Source: Eledone cirrhosa
Lineage: Eukaryota
Reading direction: 5' to 3'
Length of the DNA stretch: 64,000 nucleotides
Assembly: GCA_964016885.1 (NCBI GenBank)
Contig: OZ024742.1
Location: 141,546,001-141,610,000 of the forward strand
Below, piece after piece: positions 54,430 to 64,000 of the stretch. The number at the start of each line of letters is the position of its first letter. Position 1 is the stretch's first letter. The position numbers and the translations under genes were made by a program. The notes below the pieces were generated by a model. It was not told the origin of the DNA. It saw nothing but the letters and a program-made list of their open reading frames with translations, and did not search any database.

Positions 54430-54453
54430 GTATGTATATATATATATGTATGT

Positions 54454-54494
<41 letters not shown>

Positions 54495-54736
54495 TATGTA
54501 TATATATATATGTATGTATGTATATGTATGTATATATGTATGTATATATATATGTATATATATATGTTATCTCTTTCTCTTAATTTCGAGTATATTTTTT
54601 GACCGGCCACCTTCCTGGTGGCAAGGTTGTAAAAGAAAAGAAATTGTCATCCCTTGAATTGCAAGAATGTTTTGCAAATTTTGAAGGTGCCAGCTATCGC
54701 AGCCATTTGAATGTATATATGTATGTATGTATGTAT

Positions 54737-55125
54737 GTTTGTCAAGGCAGAATTCTAGGAGAAGGAAAACTCTGATATAACACCTGCAACTCTGATGGTA
54801 TCCAATGATGTTGACTTGTTCTTCTTTTTGGTAAGTATCATCTTGGTTAAGAGAGTGGGACTGGCTTTGTTCAGTGCCTTTGCTCACTATAAAAGCTTCA
54901 CGGCACAGGCATTGCTTTATATCTGGAGATCTCTCTGCACTTGTCGTCACACGGTACCATGGGCCCAGCACTATGTGTCAATAATTGTCACAAGTGTAGG
55001 GTTTGTACCAGAGTTTTCAAGTGGCCGGCTGGACTAAAAAGTCACACTCGTTCAGCGCATCGGTAGGGGTTCTCCTACATGGATATAAAGTAGTGGCCGT
55101 ACTCGAAAACGATTTGGCAGCCACC

Positions 55126-55160
<35 letters not shown>

Positions 55161-55767
55161 TGTATGTATGTATGTATGTATATACAGGTCACCACTTGGT
55201 GCTACTGGTAACATGTATCCCAGTACAACCTGTCTCATGGTCTGGTCGTTGGCGACTAAACTGGCAACCCCACCAAGGTTTCTTGGTGAGGAGGGTGACT
55301 TTGGACATCCTGCAGGACTAAAAACAAAACCTGTCAAAGGGCAAAGGAGCTCTTAAGAGTCAATGGCCATCCAAAATCACTGGGAGAGATGACCCCTTAG
55401 CCTTTGTCAAGGCAGAATTCTAGGAGAAGGAAAACTCTGATATAACACCTGCAACCCTGATGGTATCCAATGATGTTGACTTGTTCTTCTTTTTGGTAAA
55501 TATCATCTTGGTTAAGAGAGTGGGACTGGCTTAAAAGCTTCACGGCACAGGCATTGCTTTGTATCTGGAGATCTCTCTGCACTTGTCGTCACATGGTACC
55601 GAAGGTAAAGCACTATGTGTCAATAATTGTCACAAGTGTAGTGTTTGTACCAGAGTTTTCAAGTCGCTGGCTGGACTAAAAAGTCACACTCGTTCAGCGC
55701 ATCGGTAGGGGTTCTCCTACATGGATATAAAGTAGTTGCCGTACTCGAAAACGAGTTGGCAGCCACC

Positions 55768-55770
<3 letters not shown>
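54737..55770 (+). mobile_element. Two tandem non-autonomous RTE-related elements with (TATG)n tails
   Basis: 54737-55126 (5'-truncated) repeats 55402-55768; the full copy starts at about 55186. RTE 5'UTR-type motif TTCTAGGAGAAGGAAAACTCTGA. Confidence 0.72.
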
Positions 55771-55798
<28 letters not shown>

Positions 55799-55845
55799 TG
55801 TATGTATGTATGTATGTATGTATGTATGTATATATATGTATGTAT

Positions 55846-55886
<41 letters not shown>

Positions 55887-55917
55887 TATGTGTGTGTGTG
55901 TGCGCGCGCGCGTGTGC

Positions 55918-55955
<38 letters not shown>

Positions 55956-56388
55956 TTAGTAATATATTATGTGAAAGCTCGTTCACACCCACAACAAAAA
56001 CACAACTTACGCATACATATACTTCGCTATAACCTCATGACAATGTTTCTCTCTCTCCTTCTTCAGTTCTTCTAAACACCTTCATTCTTTCTGTCATATT
56101 TACTTTTGTCTCACTGCGCCCCCTCCTCCTCTTACTCCTCCTACACAAAGAGCTTTATCAACAGAGATGCGCTTTAAAAGCTTCTCTCGCTGTTATGAAG
56201 GAATATTGGTGGCGTTGTTGATGTTGACGGTGTGGGTGTTTTGGCTGTAGTGATAAAGGTGATAATGGTATTGTTGGTAAGGGTAGTGATGGTGATCGTG
56301 GCAAGAATGGTGATGGTAAGGGTGTTGGTCTTGCTTGAAGTTGTAGTCATTGGTTGTGGTGATGGTGACGGTAAAGTTAGTGACTATG

Positions 56389-56568
56389 ATAATTGTTTCT
56401 ACTTTAGGCACAAGGCCAGCAATTACGCAGTGCATTACTGGTACTTTATTTTATCGACCCCGTAAGGATGAAAGGCAAAGTCAACCTCGGCGGGATTTGA
56501 ACTCAGATCGTAAAGGGACGTAACTATGCTGGAAAGCATGGCGCCCGACCCTCTACTGATACTGTCAA
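56389..56568 (-). mobile_element. SINE family A
   Basis: Consensus match. Confidence 0.9.
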
Positions 56569-56765
56569 GCTACCTTACAAGGTGGACTAGGTACTCTCTA
56601 TAGCAGCACCAGTGTGGCTACCTTACAAGGTGGACTAGGTACTCTCTATAGCAGCACCAGTGTGGCTACCTTACAAGGTGGACTAGGTACTCTCTATAGC
56701 AGCACCAGTGTGGCTACCTTACAAGGTGGACTAGGTACTCTCTCTAGCAACACCAGTGTGGCTAC
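56569..56765. repeat. 48-bp minisatellite, 4 copies
   Basis: Unit GCTACCTTACAAGGTGGACTAGGTACTCTCTATAGCAGCACCAGTGTG. Confidence 0.95.
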
Positions 56766-57919
56766 AATGACGATAGTAATGACGATGGTGGTCGTGTTGT
56801 TATAGTGTTGGCGGTGTGGTTGTAGTGATGACCGTGGCGGTGTAGCGGTGATAATGGTGTAGTAGTGGTGGTGGTGTAGTGGTAGTGGTGGTGGTTGTAG
56901 CTTTCGAGGTGATGGTGAAGATGTTGTTGAGAAGGGTGTTCATAGAGATTGTGATGGTAGTGGTGGTGGCGCCGGTGAGGCGAATGGCATTCATAGTAAT
57001 AGTGATGATGATGGTGCCATGCTGGAAGCCGTAGTATTTTTGACAATTGTCATTGTTCTTTAGTCCTTATAGTCCCATGATCGGAAGGCATTCCAGCCAC
57101 GCCTATATCCCTCTCCATACACACGCACACGTGTATTTCATGACTCATACACTATTCATTTTCCTGACATTTGAACATTATTCTATGTACTATACATGCA
57201 CCATTGTTATTATTATCATTATTATTTTATATTCTCTTGGACGAGTTAACTCTGGACGACAATATCCAGTGTGTCTTTTTTTAAGACAGTGGATGTGGTT
57301 TGAGGGAGATTTAGCTGCTATTAGATGATCGAATAACCACATAGAAGTGCTTCATTGTTTAGATCCAGATCAAGGCACAGGAGATATATGATTAAGGACC
57401 TTCCAGTCGTGACTACCCTGTATTTTTTCTTATGTGCAAGGGGCCTAGGCTCATACTTTGAAACGTATTGCTTGATTTAAGGTAGATTTGGCGGCTATTT
57501 CTAGCCTGTTGAGTGACTAGGTAGAGGTATTTTCGTGGTGACATTTTTTTAAAAAGTAAATGTCAATTTTATTGGGATGACAGTGCTTATAGTAATGAGG
57601 AAACGACGACGTAGGTTATATTGAGAGGATAAATCAATCGATTGACAGATAGATATCTTTCTTTATATAGCTTGCCCGGACATGAAGATAGAGGGATAGA
57701 GAATCAATCAACCAAACCTACACGTGCAGGGGCACACATACACACAGGCATTCAACACAGATATTCTCACATACACATAAACAATGACACATATACACAC
57801 TCACTCACGCGTATAATCACACACACAGACACACGCACATATTTTTATTGGTATCTAACTGTCTACACAAATGCATGCATATGTGTATATATGTGTGTAT
57901 ATATATATATACATATAAG

Positions 57920-57950
<31 letters not shown>

Positions 57951-57979
57951 GAGTATATATATGCGTATATATATGTATA

Positions 57980-58262
57980 GGAGGCACGTGGCCTAGTGGT
58001 AAGAGTGTTGGACTTACGATCATAATGTCGTGGGTTCGATTCCTGGGCTGCGTGTTATGTTCTTGAGCAAAACACTTCATTTCACGTTGCTCCAGTATAC
58101 TCAGCTGAAAATGAGTACCAGCAATAGCTGGAGGTTTAACCCTGCGATGGACTGGCGTCCTGTCCAGGGGGGAGTCTTGTACTCTCAGTCGCTTCACGCC
58201 ATGAAACCGGGATAAGCACCGGCCAAATGAGCCTTCTGGCTCAAGACAGACTTTAGACTTTT
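57980..58262 (+). mobile_element. tRNA-derived SINE (Meta-domain-like, different 3' region from the 49.5-kb copy)
   Basis: TGGCCTAGTGG A box, GGTTCGATTCC B box, core TGTTCTTGAGCAAAACACTT...CCCTGCGATGGACTGGCGTCCTGTCCAGGGGG, tail AGACTTTAGACTTT. Confidence 0.87.
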
Positions 58263-58352
58263 AGATATATATATATGTATACACATATATATGTGTGTGT
58301 GTATATATAGGCATATATATATATGTACATGTAATATATATATATGGCTGTG

Positions 58353-58391
<39 letters not shown>

Positions 58392-58653
58392 TAGATAGTT
58401 AGATAGATGAGAGTGGGATGAAAGAGAGAGAGTGAGAGAGTAAATTATTATACGTGTGTGTGTGTGTTCGTTTGTGTGAATGTGTGTGTGTGTGGACGTG
58501 TGTCTAGTAACTGTAAAGAGCAAAGTCGGATTGACAATTTTGTCATCATATACTTGCACTGTCACTTGAAGTGATTTTATGTCACACACACACACACACA
58601 CATATGTAGATTACCGAGTTGTGTCAGGGTGGTTGGGTAATAATACTCAGTTA

Positions 58654-59042
58654 AATAATTGTTTCTACTTTTGGCACAAGGCCAGCAATTACTCAGTGCA
58701 TTACTGGTACTTTATTTTATCGACCCCCATGAAAGGCAAAGTTAACCTCGGCGGGATTTGAACTCAGACTGGCAAGGGCCGTAACTCTATACGTCAAAGC
58801 ATGGCGTCTGACCCTCTACCGATACTGCCAATTCACCGCCCTTTACTCAGTTAAATAATTGTTTCTACTTTAGGCACAAGGCCAGCAATTACCCAGTGCA
58901 TTACTGGTACTTTATTTTATCGACCCCGTAAGGATGAAAGGCAAAGTCAACCTCGGCGGGATTTGAACTCAGACTGGCAAGGGCCGTAACTATGCTGGAA
59001 AGCATGTCCGACCCTCTACCGATACTGCCAATCCACCGCCCT
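58654..59042 (-). mobile_element. Tandem dimer of family A SINEs with repeated target sequence
   Basis: Two full copies. TACTCAGTTAAAT occurs before, between and twice after them. Confidence 0.92.
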
Positions 59043-59104
59043 TTACTCAGTTAAATAATACTCAGTTAAATGTACTCAAGACATTGGTAGAGTATAGGGA
59101 TCTT

Positions 59105-59144
<40 letters not shown>

Positions 59145-59297
59145 ATTAAAATACTGGAGCGTGTTGGAGTTAAACACCCTCTTCGTATTATAGAAATGAC
59201 AGTAAAAGGTATAGCTCAATGTAATTAAACAGAGCCGAAGAATTATGAAAATAAAACAAAGAAGCCTTCAATACATCAAAAGTCTTTATATATTTTC

Positions 59298-59378
<81 letters not shown>

Positions 59379-59518
59379 CTTTTGTGTGTGAGTGTGCGTG
59401 TGTTTGCATGTGTAGTTTTATTTTATTTTTCCTTTCCTTCTTCCTTCTCCAGCCTCACTTTCATATAGATTGCATTTTTGTTTTTAAAATCCAAATTCAA
59501 TAAACAGACCAGGATTTT

Positions 59519-59576
59519 TTCATTCTGAGGATGGAAAGCAAAATCTTTTGCTTTTAAGAAACCACTGGTAAATGGA
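59519..59576 (+). ncRNA. Type I hammerhead ribozyme
   Basis: TTCATT-CTGAGGA-tgGAAAGCAAAA-tc-TTTTGCTTTTaa-GAAA-CCACTGG-TA|AATGGA. About 30 nt later the sequence enters (TA)n. Confidence 0.83.
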
Positions 59577-59749
59577 ATAATTGCCTTATGTTGTTTATTA
59601 CATAACTATATATATATATAAAATGAATTCTATTGGACTAGAACTGTTTCATTCGATCCAGTTATGGCCACCACTATATAGTTGAGGTGCCTCTTCAAAA
59701 CTGACCTTTCCTCGGGCGCTCAGACAAAAATAAGTGTGAGTATACGGCC

Positions 59750-59786
<37 letters not shown>

Positions 59787-59787
<1 letters not shown>

Positions 59788-59908
59788 CGAAGGAAATGTG
59801 CTAAGGAACCAGGTGGACTATAACGCACCAAAGTACTCAATACTTAGGGTAGTAGAGTGGGTAATAGGAACGAGTAGGACCCCGACGGCTGAGCTCAAGC
59901 CGTTTCGA
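59787..59908 (-). repeat. Copy of the 46.1-kb family, beginning at the hammerhead CGAAA
   Basis: Near-identical to 63900-64000, flanked by (TA)n. Confidence 0.85.
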
Positions 59909-59957
59909 TATATATATATATTTTTAAACATATATATATATATATTTAAAAATAGGG

Positions 59958-60005
<48 letters not shown>

Positions 60006-60370
60006 CCCTATTTTTAAATATATATATATATATATATGTGTGTGTGTATGTGGCTACTCACACACAAACAAATATTTGAGTAAGAAGTGTTTTCCGAAAA
60101 TGAAAAGAAACAGACAGTTGAATAAGGTACTCAATACATAAAGCAGCGAAGGTAGATGAGTTACTTTATATAGATATGGCTTCTACATGACTAGAACTCT
60201 TTCATTTGTTTATAATCTTCAGGAATATTATCCTCCCTCCTCTCTATGTATATATATATATATATATTTTACAACCCCTCATCTCTCTCTCTCTCTCTAT
60301 ATATATATATTTATCTATCTATTTATGTATTTATTTATTTTTTGTACAGATTAAAGTTTAAAGCTTAAAC

Positions 60371-60567
60371 TTGTCAAACTGAGGCTCCCCCGAGGGCCTC
60401 ATGGGTCACATACGTGTTGTCTGAGGGCCACACACAACTAATTGCGTACATAACAACTAATATTTTTTATTTTATATTACGCTCGCGCTGTAAAAACCTT
60501 TGCGCGGGCCGCATGTGTGCTTGTAAAGGGCCGCATGCAGCCCGCGGGGTGCATGTTTGATATGCCT
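60371..60567. mobile_element. Degraded hAT-type MITE
   Basis: Right end GCGGGCCGCATG...CAGCCCGCGGGG..GTTTGATATGCCTG; partial left TIR TGTCAAAC. Confidence 0.6.
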
Positions 60568-60649
60568 GGTTGCAGCAAAGAATCGCTGAAACAGGTAAAA
60601 GAGTAAAAGAGTAATATATATATATATATATATATTATTGCTATACATA

Positions 60650-60690
<41 letters not shown>

Positions 60691-61225
60691 TGTATATATA
60701 GTGTATTTTGCAATAGACTGTATGCTTAATTAAAATCATTTCGAAGACCTTACGCTATTGTTTTAGAGTAGTGACAGTGTCCCTTACTTCATTTTTCAGC
60801 AAACAGGGGACCAATTCTAATTTTATATATATATGTATATATATATATATATATATATGGAGAGGGAGAGAGAGAGAAAAGTGAAAGTTGTGAGTATATG
60901 TACATAAAATGTAGGCAAAGAAAGTAAAAATGTGACAGTGTTGTATGGCGAGGAAATAAGAAATAGAAATCTGGGTAGTGGTTGTGATGATGAGATTAAA
61001 CCAGTTAAGTTTGAGGTATATTCAGGGGACAGAGAGATAGAAATGTTGGAAACACTGAAAAGATGAGAGGTAAACACAGAGAGTGAGAGGGTTGAGGAGA
61101 GAAAGAGAACGGAAGAAAGAAGGAAACAGAGAAAGTGTTTAAACCAGGCGAGGGTGGGGAAATGAGAAAAAGAAAGTGTGGATGTGTAGGTGAGAGAGAA
61201 AAGGACAGATATATAATCAGACAGG

Positions 61226-61261
<36 letters not shown>

Positions 61262-61361
61262 GAGAAAGAGAAAAGAGCGGAAGGAAGAAACAGCTAGTAT
61301 TTAAAGCTTGTGTATGAAAACTGAGGGTAAAAGAGAATAGGGGAGAAAGAGAACGAGTGGG

Positions 61362-61441
<80 letters not shown>

Positions 61442-62007
61442 TGAGAAAGAGAGAGTAAAAAGAAAGTAGGGGTGAAAAAAAGAAGGAGGAAGAGGTAGTA
61501 TAGAGTTTGTCTGCTATCGTTTGTTAGTGTTGCTGATAATATTCATTCATTATTTGTATGTAGTCAGTGTTATTGTTTAGAAGTGCCGCTACTAGTACTA
61601 GAACTGTTGACTTGTGCATTCCCCCCTTTATATTTATATACACGTATATATATATATTTTATATTTTTAATTTCTGTATATGTTTATTGTTTACCACATC
61701 TAAATTCCTGCTTTCAGTTTGTCTGTGAACGTATTTTTTTATATTTTTTGTTGTTTTACCCTTTTTATTTAAACAAATAATATTTGCGCCTTTTCTCGAT
61801 TGTATCGTCTGCTTATTGCGTGACAAGGCTGGAAAATACCCGAAAAAAAAAGTAAACTGGAGAAAAAAGAAAGAAAGGTCAAGGAAAGAAGGAAATAACG
61901 ACAACAAAAACAAAACAAGGAACTATAAAACATTTTGTGGCGCATTTACTTTTTTAAACAGACGGGAAAGAAATACTGCTTTTTAAGTTTTGTTTGTGAA
62001 AAAATCT

Positions 62008-62050
<43 letters not shown>

Positions 62051-62377
62051 TATGATTTTGTGGTTTCATTACGCTGTCGACATGAAGTTTATAATCTGTG
62101 CCTCTGCTTAATATTGGTTTATGTTGTTCAAGTAAATAAACACGAAACAAATAAACATACATACATAAAATATATACACAAACAAAAATACAGGTTCCTT
62201 GCGTGTAAAAATAAAATAAATAAGGAAGTGAACAAAACAACAATACTAAATATCTGATCTTTTTTTAACTGCATCCACCACAATTTAAGGTAAGTTATGA
62301 TTGTTCTCTTTCATTTTATTGATAAGTTCTATCATATCAACTACATTTCTTTCATCAATTATAATTACTGTATATAA

Positions 62378-62800
62378 TTCTTTCTAATATTGGCACAAGG
62401 CCAGCAATTTGGGGGCAGGGGAAAAGTCGACTATATCGACATCACTACTTAAATGGCACTTTATTTTATCGATGCTGGAAGAATGAAAGTCAAAGTTGAC
62501 CTCGGCGAAATTTGAGCTCAAAACGTAAAAAAGTTGTAACTGAATACTGTAAAGCATTTTGTCCGAAACGCTACCAATACTGTCAAACCACCGTTCTAAT
62601 CAGTGTACATAGCTACAAACATAGGCACAGGCATAGCTGTATGGTTAATAAGAAGTTCACTTCGCAACCACGTGGTTTCAAGTTCAGTCCATCTGCTGCG
62701 TGCAACCATGGGCAAGTTTCTCCTAGTATAGGCCATGGGTTGACCAATGCCATGTGAGTGAAATTTGGTAGGCGGACACCGTACAGAAACCTTGTTGTAT
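62378..62800. mobile_element. Diverged family A SINE (-, 62378-62595) followed by family C SINE (+, 62625-62800)
   Basis: Core motifs of both families are recognisable. Confidence 0.78.
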
Positions 62801-62968
62801 TCACACACACACACATATAGAATGGGCCATATTTAGCGTACTGTTAAGAAATGTGAATATAAATGGCACAATAGTGATATTAAACTTTATTTCCAAAGTA
62901 ATACATAGGCAATTCATGTAAATTTAGGTAGTTACATTCATGTGTAATAATTATATAGATATCAGCAG

Positions 62969-63139
<171 letters not shown>

Positions 63140-63615
63140 TTATGTATGCATATATGTATACATATGCGTGTATATATATATATATATATATATATATGCA
63201 TATAAATGTGTGTGTATATATATATATATATGTGTGTATGTGTATGTGTGTGCATATATATCTATATTTATATATATATATATATGTATATGTGTATATA
63301 TATATGTGTATATATGTATGTATATGTGTGTGTATGTGTATATATATATATACCAAAGGTATATATTGAGTTAGAAACTCAAAATAGTCTCTTACAATTA
63401 AATAGCTCAAAGAAAGATGTTTTTCTGAGCCGTGTAATATAATTGAATATAAAAGATAGATAAACACAGATATAAACATATATGTGTTCAAATCGTAAGG
63501 GACTATATTTGCTAGGGTGAAAAAATACTAACTATTAAGAATATGGTTTGCCAGACTTAATTTAAAACAATAAATCAAAAAAAGAAATACAAACCTATAT
63601 TGGGCAATTGCCCAA

Positions 63616-63690
63616 CACCCAGACAGATTTGGTGGGCTGTTTCGCAATTTTAGCAAAGGGAATTAGCAATTCGTTGCTCATCAGTGGATG
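63616..63690 (-). ncRNA. Type I hammerhead ribozyme with conventional looped stem III
   Basis: CATCCA-CTGATGA-GCAA...TTGC-GAAA-CAG-cccaccaaat-CTG-TC|TGGGTG. Canonical G10.1-C11.1 pair and GUC site. Confidence 0.88.
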
Positions 63691-63831
63691 TAAAATTTGT
63701 AAACCCGTCACTTCTAAGTATCTCAGAAGACTGAATAGTGGCCGAATACAAAATAACGCACATGGCATCAGAACCTAGCGTGTCTCATAAACGTACGCTA
63801 CTAAAAATAGCAGCCAAGTTTACAGAATGAA

Positions 63832-63899
<68 letters not shown>

Positions 63900-64000
63900 A
63901 CGAAGGAAATGTGGTAAGGAACCAGGTGGACCATAACGCACCAAAGTACTCAATACTTAGGGTAGTAGAGTGGGTAATAGGAACGAGTAGGACCCCGACG

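Noticed and set aside
56569-56765. CRISPR-like array
   Set aside because: Units are contiguous and identical with no unique spacers, there are no cas genes, and the context is eukaryotic.

Overview
Repeat-saturated, AT-rich eukaryotic intergenic or intronic DNA with no convincing host gene. The SINE families and the long (TA)n, (CA)n and (TATG)n tracts suggest a coleoid cephalopod, probably Octopus (inference from repeat content). Identified contents: a decayed R4/Dong-like non-LTR retrotransposon, RTE and L1/Tx1-like LINE fragments, three or four Penelope-like element (PLE) relics (RT and GIY-YIG), a hAT element with intact TIRs and TSD, a mariner relic, a non-autonomous Helitron, about 25 copies of a tRNA-derived SINE, other SINEs, and a tRNA-Ile pseudogene. 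Most ORFs in the track are microsatellite artefacts. The main unexplained structure is a dense set of long fold-back (inverted-repeat) elements next to (TA)n tracts, belonging to several unrelated sequence families. Each arm carries a type I hammerhead ribozyme (CUGANGA...GAAA, usually with a palindromic stem III, then UH). About 13 have intact or near-intact cores. At 14.25-15.47 kb there are three intact hammerheads; two lie in tandem 557 nt apart, giving a retrozyme-like self-excising monomer. Folds were assigned by eye and need computational and biochemical confirmation.
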